Assembly (NCBI RefSeq): GCF_030013595.1
Contig: NZ_CP122768.1
Reading direction: 5' to 3' (one strand)
DNA: 64,000 nucleotides
Source of the DNA: Escherichia coli
GTDB lineage: Bacteria; Pseudomonadota; Gammaproteobacteria; Enterobacterales; Enterobacteriaceae
Below, piece by piece: positions 30,925 through 42,708 of the stretch (its first letter is position 1; each line of letters begins with the position of its first letter). The notes beneath the pieces were generated by a model that saw only the letters and a program-made list of their open reading frames with translations, was not told where the DNA came from and ran no database searches. A program made the position numbers and the translations under genes.

Positions 30925-32610
30925 GTGAATATAAACGTCGCCGAATTGTTAAATGGGAATTACATTCTGTTATTATTTGTGGTCCTCGCGCTTGGGCTAT
31001 GTCTCGGAAAGTTACGACTTGGTTCGATCCAACTGGGTAATTCCATTGGCGTTTTAGTCGTATCGCTGTTATTAGGCCAACAACATTTCAGCATTAACAC
31101 CGATGCGCTTAATCTTGGCTTTATGCTGTTTATTTTCTGCGTCGGGGTCGAAGCCGGACCGAACTTTTTTTCCATTTTTTTTCGCGATGGGAAAAATTAC
31201 CTAATGTTAGCACTGGTGATGGTTGGCAGTGCGCTGGTGATCGCCTTAGGGTTAGGTAAGCTGTTTGGCTGGGATATTGGCCTGACGGCCGGTATGTTAG
31301 CAGGCTCTATGACGTCAACACCGGTTCTGGTCGGTGCTGGCGATACACTGCGTCATTCTGGCATGGAAAGCAGGCAGCTCTCACTGGCACTGGATAATCT
31401 GAGCCTCGGGTATGCCTTAACCTATTTAATCGGTCTGGTGAGTTTGATTGTTGGTGCGCGTTACTTGCCGAAATTGCAGCATCAGGACTTACAGACCAGC
31501 GCCCAGCAAATCGCCCGCGAACGTGGCCTGGACACCGATGCCAACCGTAAGGTTTATTTACCGGTGATCCGCGCCTATCGCGTCGGCCCGGAGCTGGTAG
31601 CCTGGACCGACGGCAAAAATCTGCGTGAACTGGGTATCTATCGACAAACCGGCTGCTACATTGAACGTATTCGACGTAACGGGATTCTGGCAAATCCAGA
31701 CGGTGATGCCGTGCTACAAATGGGCGATGAAATAGCGTTGGTAGGCTATCCCGACGCCCATGCCCGACTCGATCCCAGCTTCCGTAACGGCAAAGAAGTT
31801 TTCGATCGTGACCTTCTCGATATGCGTATCGTCACTGAAGAAGTGGTCGTTAAAAACCATAACGCTGTAGGTAAACGTCTTGCACAACTGAAGTTGACCG
31901 ATCACGGTTGCTTCCTTAATCGCGTCATTCGTAGCCAGATTGAGATGCCGATAGATGACAACGTCGTGCTTAACAAAGGTGACGTTTTACAAGTCAGCGG
32001 CGATGCCCGCCGCGTAAAAACCATCGCCGATCGCATCGGCTTTATCTCGATTCACAGCTAGGTCACTGACTTGCTGGCATTCTGCGCCTTCTTTGTTATT
32101 GGGCTGATGATCGGGATGATCACATTCCAGTTCAGCACATTCAGTTTCGGCATGGGGAACGCTGCCGGGTTGTTATTCGCCGGAATTATGCTGGGCTTTA
32201 TGCGTGCTAACCACCCGACCTTCGGTTACATTCCGCAGGGTGCATTAAGCATGGTGAAAGAGTTCGGCTTGATGGTGTTTATGGCAGGCGTTGGTCTGAG
32301 CGCCGGTAGCGGTATTAATAACGGCCTGGGCGCGATTGGCGGCCAGATGTTGATTGCCGGATTGATTGTCAGTCTTGTGCCCGTGGTTATCTGTTTCTTG
32401 TTCGGTGCTTATGTATTGCGAATGAACCGCGCACTGTTGTTCGGCGCAATGATGGGCGCACGCACCTGCGCGCCGGCAATGGAGATCATCAGTGATACAG
32501 CTCGCAGTAACATCCCGGCGCTGGGCTATGCGGGCACCTACGCAATCGCCAACGTCCTGCTGACGCTGGCAGGGACAATCATCGTCATGGTATGGCCAGG
32601 ATTAGGATAA
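30925..32610 (+). pseudogene. ybjL: ybjL (putative AAE-family transporter, 561 aa in K-12) split by an in-frame amber codon at 32059-32061 (CAG to TAG, about Q379*)
   Basis: Track ORFs 30925..32061 and 32071..32610 are in the same frame; together they read ...[25 protein letters not shown]..., colinear with remembered YbjL ...[18 protein letters not shown]... Confidence 0.6.
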
Positions 32611-32653
32611 AACTGAAGTTGCCCTGAAAATGAAATTTTTTTGCACAACCGCA

Positions 32654-32680
32654 GAACTTTTCCGCAGGGCATCAGTCTTA
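32654..32680 (+). promoter_or_regulatory. Candidate sigma-E promoter of rybB (-35 GAACTT, 16-nt spacer, -10 TCTTA)
   Basis: GAACTT at 32654-32659 and TCTTA at 32676-32680 sit 7 nt upstream of the RybB 5' end; rybB is sigma-E dependent (established knowledge). Confidence 0.5.
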
Positions 32681-32686
32681 ATTAGT

Positions 32687-32765
32687 GCCACTGCTTTTCT
32701 TTGATGTCCCCATTTTGTGGAGCCCATCAACCCCGCCATTTCGGTTCAAGGTTGGTGGGTTTTTT
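32687..32765 (+). ncRNA. rybB: RybB small RNA (sigma-E-dependent, Hfq-binding regulator of outer-membrane protein mRNAs)
   Basis: GCCACTGCTTTTCTTTGATGTCCCCATTTTGTGGAGCCCATCAACCCCGCCATTTCGGTTCAAGGTTGGTGGGTTTTTT matches remembered RybB including the 3' hairpin and U-tail; lies in the ybjL-rcdA intergenic region as in K-12. Confidence 0.85.
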
Positions 32766-32784
32766 GTTATCTAAAACTTATCTA

Positions 32785-33321
32785 CTACCCTGCAACCCTC
32801 TCAACCATCCTCAAAATCTCCTCGCGTGATAGCGGCTTACGGTCGGTGACAAAATGCAGCGTCATCCCCTCAATAAACGCATCAAGCGTGCGGGCGGTTC
32901 CGGGTTCAAACCATTGTTCGAGCGTTTGCTGACTGCGCTGCATCCAGTTTTGCATTACCGTTTTTAATAGCGGTTTTCGGCTAGCCAGCGCGTAGAGCTG
33001 GTACATCAGCTCCATGTTATCCGGCGTTGCAACCTGTGAGCTGTAAATCATATTGGTGATAGCCTGGCATGCGCCCGGAGCATCACTAACATCGCTAAAA
33101 AATGCCTGATATTGCCGGGACATGATCTCAGTAAAACTGCTGAACGCCTCAAGCAACAACTCATCAATTCCTGAAAAATAGTAGGTCATCGACCCCAACG
33201 GTACCCCGGCAAGGGTAGCAATTTTGCGGTGCGTAACAGCATGTATTCCATAAAGTTTCACCGCCTCCAGCGTGGCCTGGATAATTTTTTCTCGCCGTTG
33301 CGGATCGTTAGCGCGACGCAT
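32785..33321 (-). CDS. rcdA: TetR-family transcriptional regulator RcdA (YbjK)
   Basis: ORF 32785..33351; ATG 33321 gives [40 protein letters not shown] (TetR HTH), 178 aa. Confidence 0.94.
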   Translation of the reverse strand: MRRANDPQRREKIIQATLEAVKLYGIHAVTHRKIATLAGVPLGSMTYYFSGIDELLLEAFSSFTEIMSRQYQAFFSDVSDAPGACQAITNMIYSSQVATPDNMELMYQLYALASRKPLLKTVMQNWMQRSQQTLEQWFEPGTARTLDAFIEGMTLHFVTDRKPLSREEILRMVERVAG

Positions 33322-33404
33322 GTCATTTCCTCTCTCTGCAATTGTGTACAAATGTACACAACCTTGCTAATGTTGTCTTCCCTCTCCTTATTTTGACGTG
33401 ATCT

Positions 33405-34613
33405 ATGACCGTAAATTCTTCACGTAATGCATTGAAACGCCGAACCTGGGCGCTGTTTATGTTCTTCTTTTTGCCGGGCCTGTTAATGGCGTCCTGGGCA
33501 ACCCGTACGCCTGCTATCCGCGATATTCTTTCTGTTTCGATCGCTGAAATGGGCGGAGTCCTCTTTGGTCTGTCGATCGGTTCAATGAGCGGTATTCTCT
33601 GCTCGGCGTGGTTAGTGAAACGCTTTGGCACGCGTAATGTCATCCTGGTCACGATGTCCTGCGCATTGATCGGGATGATGATACTAAGTCTGGCACTCTG
33701 GCTGACATCGCCCCTGCTCTTCGCGGTTGGTCTCGGCGTTTTTGGGGCAAGTTTTGGTTCTGCGGAAGTGGCGATAAACGTTGAAGGTGCCGCCGTTGAG
33801 CGAGAAATGAATAAAACGGTTTTGCCGATGATGCACGGTTTTTATAGCCTGGGCACGCTGGCAGGCGCAGGTGTCGGGATGGCACTGACGGCCTTTGGCG
33901 TTCCGGCAACAGTGCACATTTTATTGGCGGCGCTGGTAGGCATCGCGCCTATTTATATCGCCATTCAGGCAATCCCTGACGGTACGGGCAAAAATGCTGC
34001 CGATGGCACCCAGCATGGTGAAAAAGGCGTACCTTTTTATCGGGATATCCAGTTGCTGCTGATTGGTGTTGTGGTGCTGGCGATGGCCTTTGCCGAAGGT
34101 TCTGCCAACGACTGGTTACCCTTATTAATGGTTGACGGTCACGGTTTTAGCCCTACTTCCGGCTCGCTGATTTATGCCGGTTTTACCCTGGGGATGACTG
34201 TTGGACGCTTTACCGGCGGTTGGTTCATCGACCGTTACAGTCGCGTTGCCGTGGTTCGGGCCAGTGCACTAATGGGAGCGTTGGGTATTGGGCTGATTAT
34301 TTTTGTCGATAGCGCCTGGGTCGCAGGAGTGTCTGTTGTACTTTGGGGACTGGGTGCCTCGTTGGGCTTCCCGCTGACCATTTCTGCCGCCAGCGATACC
34401 GGCCCCGATGCACCGACCCGCGTCAGCGTGGTAGCAACGACCGGTTATCTGGCTTTCCTCGTTGGGCCGCCGCTGCTGGGCTATCTCGGCGAACATTATG
34501 GATTACGTAGTGCAATGCTAGTTGTACTGGCGCTGGTTATTCTCGCGGCTATTGTCGCGAAAGCCGTCGCCAAACCCGATACCAAAACGCAGACGGCGAT
34601 GGAGAATAGTTGA
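33405..34613 (+). CDS. ybjJ: YbjJ, MFS-type inner-membrane transporter
   Basis: 402-aa [37 protein letters not shown]... Confidence 0.95.
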
Positions 34614-35428
34614 TGAGCATTAAATTAATTGCGGTAGACATGGATGGTACTTTCTTAAGCGATCAAAAAACCTATAACCGTGAGCGGTTTATGGCTCAGT
34701 ATCAGCAAATGAAAGCACAAGGCATTCGCTTTGTGGTCGCCAGCGGGAATCAATATTATCAGTTGATCTCTTTCTTCCCTGAAATTGCTAATGAAATTGC
34801 CTTTGTGGCTGAAAACGGCGGCTGGGTAGTGAGCGAAGGCAAAGATGTTTTTAATGGCGAGCTGTCGAAGGATGCGTTTGCTACTGTCGTGGAACATTTG
34901 CTGACGCGCCCGGAAGTGGAAATTATTGCCTGCGGAAAAAATAGCGCCTATACCCTCAAAAAATATGACGATGCCATGAAAACGGTGGCGAAAATGTATT
35001 ATCACCGTCTGGAATACGTCGATAACTTTGACAACTTAGAAGATATCTTCTTTAAGTTTGGTCTGAATCTTTCCGATGAACTGATTTCACAAGTACAAAA
35101 AGCATTACATGAGGCCATCGGCGATATTATGGTGCCGGTCCACACCGGCAACGGCAGCATCGATCTGATTATCCCCGGCGTACATAAAGCCAATGGCCTT
35201 CGCCAACTGCAGAAATTATGGAGAATAGACGACAGCGAAGTGGTGGTCTTTGGCGATGGCGGTAACGATATTGAGATGCTGCGTCAAGCAGGCTTTAGTT
35301 TTGCAATGGAAAATGCCGGCAGCGCGGTCGTCGCAGCGGCAAAATACCGGGCAGGCTCCAATAACCGTGAAGGCGTACTGGATGTGATCGATAAAGTTCT
35401 TAAACACGAAGCGCCATTTAACCAATAA
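34613..35428 (+). CDS. ybjI: YbjI, HAD-family (Cof-like) phosphatase
   Basis: ORF 34610..35428; ATG 34613 gives [23 protein letters not shown] (DxDGT HAD motif), 271 aa; 1-nt overlap with the ybjJ stop. Confidence 0.95.
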   Translation: MSIKLIAVDMDGTFLSDQKTYNRERFMAQYQQMKAQGIRFVVASGNQYYQLISFFPEIANEIAFVAENGGWVVSEGKDVFNGELSKDAFATVVEHLLTRPEVEIIACGKNSAYTLKKYDDAMKTVAKMYYHRLEYVDNFDNLEDIFFKFGLNLSDELISQVQKALHEAIGDIMVPVHTGNGSIDLIIPGVHKANGLRQLQKLWRIDDSEVVVFGDGGNDIEMLRQAGFSFAMENAGSAVVAAAKYRAGSNNREGVLDVIDKVLKHEAPFNQ

Positions 35429-35513
35429 AAACGGCAGCACGCCCGGCAACACAATGCCTGAATGAAGGCTGCATAATTCGCGGAAATTAACCCGCTGCAT
35501 TATTTCAGGCGAA

Positions 35514-35798
35514 ATGATTATGAAAAATTGTCTACTGTTGGGCGCGCTTTTAATGGGCTTTACTGGTGTGGCGATGGCGCAAAGTGTCACCGTCGATGTG
35601 CCGAGTGGATACAAAGTGGTTGTGGTTCCTGATTCAGTCAGCGTTCCACAAGCGGTCAGCGTCGCGACTGTGCCGCAAACCGTCTATGTGGCTCCCGCGC
35701 CAGCTCCGGCTTACCGCCCGCATCCTTATGTTCGCCATCTTGCCAGCGTAGGTGAAGGGATGGTTATCGAACACCAGATTGACGACCATCACCATTAA
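35514..35798 (+). CDS. ybjH: YbjH, small secreted protein of unknown function
   Basis: 94-aa ORF MIMKNCLLLGALLMGFTGVAMAQSVTVDVPSGYK... with signal peptide. Confidence 0.9.
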   Translation: MIMKNCLLLGALLMGFTGVAMAQSVTVDVPSGYKVVVVPDSVSVPQAVSVATVPQTVYVAPAPAPAYRPHPYVRHLASVGEGMVIEHQIDDHHH

Positions 35799-35804
35799 TT
35801 TGAG

Positions 35805-35840
35805 AATGCCTGATCGCACAAAGCAATCAGGCATTTTTTT
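35805..35840. terminator. Bidirectional terminator between convergent ybjH and mdfA (AATGCCTGAT...ATCAGGCATT plus T7)
   Basis: 10-bp perfect inverted repeat followed by TTTTTTT. Confidence 0.6.
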
Positions 35841-37071
35841 ATCCTTCGTGCGAATTTCCCATCTGTTTATCTTTTAAAAAGATAACCATCAGCAACAGCC
35901 ACAAAATTCCGTTGACAAGGTTGAAGAGATTAAACAGTCCGTTGCCCCCGTTCAGCCAGGCATGTTTGCTGATTTCAATACCGACGGTAAAGATCAGCAT
36001 TTGCAGCATCCCCATCGCCGCAGAAACCGTACCTTTACTCATATCGCTGGCAAACAGGGTTAATCGCACCAGTCCCGCATTCGCCAGACCAATACCGAAA
36101 GCATAAAGACTTAACCCGGCGGTCATCCATAAATACGCATGCGATGAGATAACCGTTGCCGCAGCAGCGACCAACAGACCAATCATAATCGGCCAGCCGC
36201 CCATAATAATCAGCGAACGTACGGTGCGGCGCGAGGTCAGACGCGCTAACAGCAAGTTACCCGCAATTAACGCCCCGAAAATAGGCACTTGCAGCAAACC
36301 ATATTCATAGCTGCTCAACTGCTCACCGGTAATGATGATAATCGGCGACTGGGCGATCCACGCCAGCAACGGCAAACTAACGAATCCCAGCGCCAGCGCC
36401 CCCGCAACAAAGCGACCGTTCTTCAGCACCAGCTTATAGTCACGACCGAGTTCTTTCAGCGACAGTTTCTCGCCTATACGCGTGGCGGTTTCAGGCATGG
36501 CTCGTTGCAGACCGAAAAAGGAGATCGCTGCCAATGCGGCAAACAAGACAAACATCCCTTCCCAGGGCAGCACATGGATCCACGCCGCGCCCACCAGCGG
36601 GCCAAGTAGTGGAGCAATCAGCGCCACGTTCGCCATCAGCGCGGTGATCTTGATACAAACCGCCTCTTCGAAGGATTCCTGAATTGCGGCGTATCCCACA
36701 GCGCCAATGAAACAGAGGCTTATGCCCTGCAAGAAGCGCAACAGGGTGAATTGTTCAATGTTTTGCGCCAGTAATATTGCCAGACAGGTGATGATAAACC
36801 ACACCACCCCCGCCAGCATCACCGGACGGCGACCAATACGATCCGACAGCGGCCCCAGGAGCCATTGTAAAAACATCCCGCCCGCCAGATACGCGGTCAT
36901 CGAAGTAGGAACCCAATCAATGCCCGCCTGATATTGTTCCACCACGGCCAACATACCGGGTTGAATCATATCGTTGCCGATATAGGTTGAAAATTCGTAA
37001 AGCACCAGACAGAGAGGGAAAAGTAACGCCTGACGTCCAAGCCTGGCACCGGAAGCTAATTTATTTTGCAT
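35839..37071 (-). CDS. mdfA: Multidrug efflux MFS transporter MdfA (Cmr)
   Basis: ORF 35839..37101; ATG 37071 gives [40 protein letters not shown], 410 aa. Confidence 0.96.
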   Translation of the reverse strand: MQNKLASGARLGRQALLFPLCLVLYEFSTYIGNDMIQPGMLAVVEQYQAGIDWVPTSMTAYLAGGMFLQWLLGPLSDRIGRRPVMLAGVVWFIITCLAILLAQNIEQFTLLRFLQGISLCFIGAVGYAAIQESFEEAVCIKITALMANVALIAPLLGPLVGAAWIHVLPWEGMFVLFAALAAISFFGLQRAMPETATRIGEKLSLKELGRDYKLVLKNGRFVAGALALGFVSLPLLAWIAQSPIIIITGEQLSSYEYGLLQVPIFGALIAGNLLLARLTSRRTVRSLIIMGGWPIMIGLLVAAAATVISSHAYLWMTAGLSLYAFGIGLANAGLVRLTLFASDMSKGTVSAAMGMLQMLIFTVGIEISKHAWLNGGNGLFNLFNLVNGILWLLLMVIFLKDKQMGNSHEG

Positions 37072-37355
37072 GCAATTTCTTCGCCAATAATAATCGCGCA
37101 AAGTTTAATAAAAGCGCAGCTAACGAGAAAGCGAATTTTGTAGCTGAAACCACGGTTAAGCACATTCTTACATTATCGCGAGTATAGCTACGCTTTCTTT
37201 AAGTTTTATTTAACCTATGCCCGTTACAATCACCCACCGTAAACAGGCCGCTTGAGGGAAATAAGACGATGCCGCTTTACCCAGTTTAACCTGCACTTTA
37301 TTCTCAACGACTTGCCTGTATTGGCTCCCTTTTAATCACTTTGCGTCGGGAAGTT

Positions 37356-37952
37356 ATGCTGGAAAATTTGAATCTCTCTCTATTCTCTCTTATTAACGCG
37401 ACGCCAGACTCTGCGCCGTGGATGATCTCGTTGGCGATTTTTATTGCTAAAGATTTGATTACCGTGGTGCCGTTGCTGGCCGCGGTACTTTGGCTGTGGG
37501 GGCTTACAGCACAACGGCAACTGGTGATAAAAATCGCTATCGCGCTGGCGGTCAGCCTGTTTGTGTCCTGGACGATGGGGCATCTTTTTCCGCACGACCG
37601 ACCCTTTGTCGAAAATATCGGCTATAACTTCCTGCATCATGCGGCGGATGACTCATTCCCGAGCGATCACGGTACGGTGATTTTCACCTTTGCACTGGCA
37701 TTTTTATGCTGGCATCGCCTGTGGTCCGGCTCACTTTTAATGGTGCTGGCCGTCGTCATTGCCTGGTCGCGCGTTTATCTTGGCGTCCACTGGCCGCTGG
37801 ATATGCTCGGTGGATTGCTGGCAGGTATGATTGGCTGCCTTAGCGCCCAGATTATCTGGCAAGCGATGGGGCATAAACTCTATCAACGTCTGCAATCGTG
37901 GTATCGCTTCTGTTTTGCATTACCGATCCGCAAAGGCTGGGTGCGTGACTGA
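37356..37952 (+). CDS. ybjG: Undecaprenyl-pyrophosphate phosphatase YbjG (PAP2 family)
   Basis: ORF 37341..37952; ATG 37356 gives MLENLNLSLFSLINATPDSAPWMISLAIFIAK, 198 aa. Confidence 0.94.
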   Translation: MLENLNLSLFSLINATPDSAPWMISLAIFIAKDLITVVPLLAAVLWLWGLTAQRQLVIKIAIALAVSLFVSWTMGHLFPHDRPFVENIGYNFLHHAADDSFPSDHGTVIFTFALAFLCWHRLWSGSLLMVLAVVIAWSRVYLGVHWPLDMLGGLLAGMIGCLSAQIIWQAMGHKLYQRLQSWYRFCFALPIRKGWVRD

Positions 37953-38009
37953 TCTCTGCTAAAAAGTGTAGTATTGAGCGGCTCGCTTCAATAACTATTC
38001 AGAGGGATT

Positions 38010-38768
38010 ATGGAAACACGTCGCGAAGAGCGTATCGGGCAGCTGCTGCAAGAATTAAAACGCAGCGATAAGTTACATCTTAAAGACGCCGCCGCCCTGC
38101 TTGGGGTTTCGGAGATGACGATTCGTCGCGATCTGAACAACCACAGTGCGCCCGTCGTTTTGCTCGGCGGCTATATTGTTCTGGAACCGCGCAGCGCCAG
38201 CCATTACCTGTTAAGCGATCAAAAATCCCGCCTGGTGGAAGAAAAACGCCGGGCGGCAAAACTGGCTGCGACGCTGGTAGAACCCGATCAGACCCTCTTT
38301 TTTGACTGTGGCACCACCACACCGTGGATTATTGAAGCGATTGATAATGAAATCCCTTTCACCGCCGTTTGTTATTCGCTAAATACCTTTCTGGCACTGA
38401 AAGAGAAACCCCATTGCCGCGCGTTTCTGTGTGGTGGTGAATTTCACGCCAGCAACGCCATTTTCAAACCCATCGATTTTCAGCAAACGCTGAATAATTT
38501 TTGCCCGGATATCGCTTTTTATTCCGCGGCGGGGGTGCATGTCAGTAAAGGCGCTACCTGCTTTAATCTTGAAGAGTTGCCGGTAAAACACTGGGCCATG
38601 TCGATGGCGCAAAAGCATGTGCTGGTTGTCGACCACAGTAAATTTGGCAAGGTGCGTCCGGCGCGCATGGGTGACCTGAAACGCTTTGATATTGTTGTGA
38701 GCGATTGTTGCCCGGAAGATGAGTATGTGAAGTACGCGCAGACGCAGCGTATTAAGTTGATGTATTAA
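38010..38768 (+). CDS. deoR: Deoxyribose operon repressor DeoR
   Basis: 252-aa ORF METRREERIGQLLQELKRSDKLHLKDAAALLGVSEMTIRRDL... Confidence 0.96.
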   Translation: METRREERIGQLLQELKRSDKLHLKDAAALLGVSEMTIRRDLNNHSAPVVLLGGYIVLEPRSASHYLLSDQKSRLVEEKRRAAKLAATLVEPDQTLFFDCGTTTPWIIEAIDNEIPFTAVCYSLNTFLALKEKPHCRAFLCGGEFHASNAIFKPIDFQQTLNNFCPDIAFYSAAGVHVSKGATCFNLEELPVKHWAMSMAQKHVLVVDHSKFGKVRPARMGDLKRFDIVVSDCCPEDEYVKYAQTQRIKLMY

Positions 38769-38775
38769 TGACGTA

Positions 38776-38806
38776 TAACCGGATGACGTTTCGCGCCATC
38801 CGGTTA
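38776..38806. terminator. Stem-loop between convergent deoR and dacC (TAACCGGATG...CATCCGGTTA)
   Basis: 10-bp perfect inverted repeat with an 11-nt loop; no strong U-tract. Confidence 0.4.
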
Positions 38807-38814
38807 TCAGAAGA

Positions 38815-40017
38815 TTAAGAGAACCAGCTGCCGAACCACTGATGGAATTTCATCATCACGAAATCCCACATCCGACCAAAGAATCCGCCCTCTTCCACAT
38901 TTTCCATCACGATCAGCGGACGCTGCTCAATGGATTTACCGTTAAGCTGGAAATCAATGGTGCCGACAACCTGACCTTTTTTCAGCGGTGCGGTAAGCTG
39001 CGGTTCCGTTAACGTATAACTCGCCTTCAGGTTTTTCAGCTGCCCACGTGGTATGGTCACTGAGCCCGCTTCGCCTGCCCCGAGATTCACTTCGCTCTTA
39101 TCACCAAACCAGACGCGCTGAGTCACAAAGGTGGCATCTGGTTTAATTGGCGTCACGGTTTCAAAGAAACGGAAGCCCCAGGTCAATAATTTCTCAGACT
39201 CATTAAAACGGATACGGTCAGTTTTCGCCCCCAGCACTACGGAGATTAAACGCATATCGCCCTGGGTAGCCGAAGCAACCAGATTATATCCCGCGCCTGC
39301 CGTGGTTCCTGTCTTCATGCCATCAACATTCAGATTGCTGCTCCACAGCAGACGGTTACGGTTAGGCTGTCGAATTTTGTTGAAGGTGAACTCTTTCTCT
39401 TTATGAATGGCATACTCTTCCGGCACATCGTGGATCAATGCTTTACCCAGCAATGCCATATCGCGCGCGGTACTGAACTGCCCCGGCGCATCCAGACCGT
39501 GCACCGTCTGGAAGGTAGTGTTGGTCAGACCCAGTTTTTTGGCATAACCATTCATCAAACCAATAAATGACTCCTGGCTCCCGGCAACGTAATCGGCCAG
39601 CGCAATACAGGCGTCATTACCGGACTGGATAATCACACCGTTGTTCAAGTCTGCCACCGAAACCTGATCGCCCGGTTTGAGGAACATTACCGATGAACCA
39701 CGCAGTGCCGGATTTCCCGTCGCCCAGGCATCCTTACCGACCGTCACCATATCGGTGAGTTTAATCTTATCGGCCTTAAGCGCCTGCCCAACCACATAGC
39801 TGGTCATGATTTTAGTCAGGCTCGCGGGATCCAGTTTCTCATCCGCATTGCCTTCTGCCAGCACTTTACCGCTGGCGTAATCCATTAAAATCCATGCACG
39901 CGCATCCACGCTCGGCGCTTCAACGGTTTGTTCCGCCGCGAATGCCGTTGGGGCAAAAAGGAATAAAAATGCAGAACCCGCTGCAAGACCACGAAGGAGA
40001 GAGGAGTATTGCGTCAT
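38815..40017 (-). CDS. dacC: D-alanyl-D-alanine carboxypeptidase DacC (PBP6)
   Basis: ORF 38815..40038; ATG 40017 gives [30 protein letters not shown], 400 aa; SxxK motif SLTK present. Confidence 0.96.
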   Translation of the reverse strand: MTQYSSLLRGLAAGSAFLFLFAPTAFAAEQTVEAPSVDARAWILMDYASGKVLAEGNADEKLDPASLTKIMTSYVVGQALKADKIKLTDMVTVGKDAWATGNPALRGSSVMFLKPGDQVSVADLNNGVIIQSGNDACIALADYVAGSQESFIGLMNGYAKKLGLTNTTFQTVHGLDAPGQFSTARDMALLGKALIHDVPEEYAIHKEKEFTFNKIRQPNRNRLLWSSNLNVDGMKTGTTAGAGYNLVASATQGDMRLISVVLGAKTDRIRFNESEKLLTWGFRFFETVTPIKPDATFVTQRVWFGDKSEVNLGAGEAGSVTIPRGQLKNLKASYTLTEPQLTAPLKKGQVVGTIDFQLNGKSIEQRPLIVMENVEEGGFFGRMWDFVMMKFHQWFGSWFS

Positions 40018-40263
40018 AAATGCCACCCGAGTATCCATTCAAAAAAAATACGTTATATCGCCGTATGATAAGTTCGGTGATTAATAACGCACACACAAAC
40101 TTAAAGAAACCGTAAGTTGGTAAAGTTTTTAAAGTTTATGCAATATCCTGCCGCTTCGCTGCTTCTGGTGTCATTTTTTTGCCAGCTGTTGCTTAAAAGT
40201 TAACTTTACTTCACCATCGGAGTCCTGTTCAGCCTGTGGCTGCCTGTCGGAAAAGGGGTGAGT

Positions 40264-40890
40264 ATGATTACGCTGTGGGGTCGGAATAATTCAACCAACG
40301 TAAAAAAAGTATTGCTGACGCTCGAAGAACTGGAACTACCTTATGAGCAAATTCTCGCGGGCCGTGAGTTTGGGATAAATCACGATGCTGATTTTCTGGC
40401 GATGAACCCTAACGGGCTGGTGCCGTTGTTGCGTGACGACGAAAGTGATCTCATTCTTTGGGAATCAAACGCTATTGTCCGCTATCTGGCGGCACAGTAC
40501 GGGCAAAAACGCCTGTGGATCGACTCACCGGCACGTCGTGCGGAAGCAGAAAAATGGATGGACTGGGCAAACCAGACGCTCAGTAATGCCCATCGCGGGA
40601 TCCTGATGGGATTAGTCAGAACACCACCGGAAGAGCGCGATCGGGCCGCCATTGATGCCAGTTGTAAAGAGTGCGACGCCCTGTTTGCCCTGCTCGATGC
40701 GGAACTGGCAAAAGTAAAATGGTTCTCTGGCGACGAGTTTGGTGTGGGCGATATCGCTATCGCACCGTTCATCTACAATTTGTTTAACGTTGGCCTGACC
40801 TGGACACCGCGTCCAAATCTGCAACGCTGGTATCAGCAACTCACTGAACGCCCAGCAGTGCGCAAAGTGGTGATGATTCCCGTTAGCTAA
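40264..40890 (+). CDS. gstB: Glutathione S-transferase GstB (YliJ)
   Basis: ORF 40258..40890; ATG 40264 gives [29 protein letters not shown], 208 aa. Confidence 0.95.
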   Translation: MITLWGRNNSTNVKKVLLTLEELELPYEQILAGREFGINHDADFLAMNPNGLVPLLRDDESDLILWESNAIVRYLAAQYGQKRLWIDSPARRAEAEKWMDWANQTLSNAHRGILMGLVRTPPEERDRAAIDASCKECDALFALLDAELAKVKWFSGDEFGVGDIAIAPFIYNLFNVGLTWTPRPNLQRWYQQLTERPAVRKVVMIPVS

Positions 40891-42002
40891 TTGCGTGGGC
40901 TAACTTTAAGTAATTCCCCACTGGACTCGTCGGTGAGAACGTATAAATAACCGTCGGGTCCAGTGCGAACATCACGAATTCGCTGCCCTCTGTCCGTTAA
41001 AATACGGCCATCTTCTGTCACTTTGTCGCCGTTGACGCTCATCACAATGACATCTTTATCTTTCAGCGCGCCAATAAATAATTTTTGCTGCCACTGGGGG
41101 AATTTATCGCTGTTATAGAAGGCCATGCCGCTCACGGCGGGCGAATCTTTCCAGTAAAAAACAGGTTGCTCGGTCCCGGCGACGATCTCCCCTTTCGCTT
41201 CCGGTATCTTAAAGCCTGAATAGTTGATTCCCCAGGTTGCCAGCGGCCAGCCGTAGTTTTTGCCTTTTTGCGGGATATTAATTTCATCGCCACCGCGCGG
41301 GCCATGTTCATTCAGCCATAGTGCATTACTCCACGGATTCATCGCCATTCCTTGCGGATTACGAATGCCATAAGACCAGATCTCGGCGCGCGCACCGGAT
41401 TCCTTTATAAAAGGATTATCATCCGGGATTTCGCCCTGGTCGGTCAGACGCACCAGTTTGCCCTGTAATTTATTCAGATCCTGCGCCGTCGGGCGCTGAT
41501 TGTTTTCGCCCAGAGCAATAAAAAGATAACCTTTACCGTCGAATACCAGCCGCCCGCCAAAATGGTTGCCGGTAGACAGTTTTGGCATCTGGCGAAAGAC
41601 GGTGCGGAAGTCGGTCACCTTTGAGAGATCATCACTTAAGCGGCCATAACCCACAGCAGTTCCGGCTTTGCCATCATCGCCAACTTCGGAATAACTTAAC
41701 CAGATGCGGCGAGACTGAGCAAAATCAGGCGCTAAAACCACATCCAGCAGGCCACCCTGCCCGTGCGCCCAAACTTCCGGCACTCCGGAAAGCGGCGCAG
41801 ATAATCCTTTTCCTGCTTGCCAGTGACGCAACTCGCCGCCGCGCAGAGTGATTAACATACCGTGATTGTCGGGTAAAAAGGCCAGCGCCCAGGGATGGTC
41901 GAGTTTGTCCTGCAGTACTTCGACATTTACCGTTGCAGGAGCCGCCCAGAGAGCGGAAGAAAGACAAATAAGGGGCACAAGGAAAAAGGATTGTCGATGC
42001 AT
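40887..42002 (-). CDS. yliI: PQQ-dependent aldose sugar dehydrogenase YliI
   Basis: 371-aa [48 protein letters not shown]... Confidence 0.95.
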   Translation of the reverse strand: MHRQSFFLVPLICLSSALWAAPATVNVEVLQDKLDHPWALAFLPDNHGMLITLRGGELRHWQAGKGLSAPLSGVPEVWAHGQGGLLDVVLAPDFAQSRRIWLSYSEVGDDGKAGTAVGYGRLSDDLSKVTDFRTVFRQMPKLSTGNHFGGRLVFDGKGYLFIALGENNQRPTAQDLNKLQGKLVRLTDQGEIPDDNPFIKESGARAEIWSYGIRNPQGMAMNPWSNALWLNEHGPRGGDEINIPQKGKNYGWPLATWGINYSGFKIPEAKGEIVAGTEQPVFYWKDSPAVSGMAFYNSDKFPQWQQKLFIGALKDKDVIVMSVNGDKVTEDGRILTDRGQRIRDVRTGPDGYLYVLTDESSGELLKVSPRN

Positions 42003-42112
42003 AACGCCTCCGGATTGACTCTGGCTTAAAGCGTAGTCAGTGGAGGAGATAACAAATTTATTTTTACAAAAACTTAAACATGAAGGGGGAGACGCTTTCT
42101 CCCCCTTAGTTT

Positions 42113-42496
42113 TCAGGCCTTCTCAAGCATGGCGTGCTTCTGCAGGCTCTGGATACTCAGCGTTAAGCTCATCAGACAATTTTCAAGCTTATCGGCGTTG
42201 ACGGTAATAACAGTCGGGCAATCATGGTGCCCACTCATCAAACATACTGCGGCTGTCGCTAATGCTTCTTCAGCATGATGAAGAGCACTCCACTCTTCCT
42301 GATCCAGATGAAGATTCAACCGCAGCGATTTATCGTGCAGTTCGCGATTCAGTTTAAAAAAGTTATCTCGTAGATGATTGCTTTCGCTGACGGACATGTA
42401 TCCTTTTGCCTTCCTCAGTTGCACGTATGCGGCGAGGTCAACGCGTGCGTCGATCAACCGGTTCAGCAGATCGATTCGCTGTCTGTCAACGAACAT
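42113..42496 (-). CDS. bssR: Biofilm regulator BssR (YliH)
   Basis: 127-aa ORF MFVDRQRIDLLNRLIDARVDLAAYVQLRKAKGYMSVSESNHL... Confidence 0.95.
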   Translation of the reverse strand: MFVDRQRIDLLNRLIDARVDLAAYVQLRKAKGYMSVSESNHLRDNFFKLNRELHDKSLRLNLHLDQEEWSALHHAEEALATAAVCLMSGHHDCPTVITVNADKLENCLMSLTLSIQSLQKHAMLEKA

Positions 42497-42708
42497 ACTT
42501 CGATCCTCCTCTTTCCAGCCTTATTGCAATTAAATAGTATGGCTATTTTTTGAGCAAAATGCTGTCCAGGATCAATTCTTCACGCCGAATTAACAAAATT
42601 TACATTTCCTTCGCCTCCGCCAGCGAATGAGATTGCGATACAAATTTTATCCAGAACTCTGTAGAATCCCTGCCCTGACCTTTCCTGTAACTGAATATTT
42701 TTTAAGCT

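Noticed and set aside
30925-32610. Two separate transporter genes instead of ybjL
   Set aside because: Both ORFs are in the same frame and colinear with a single YbjL protein; they are split by one TAG codon.
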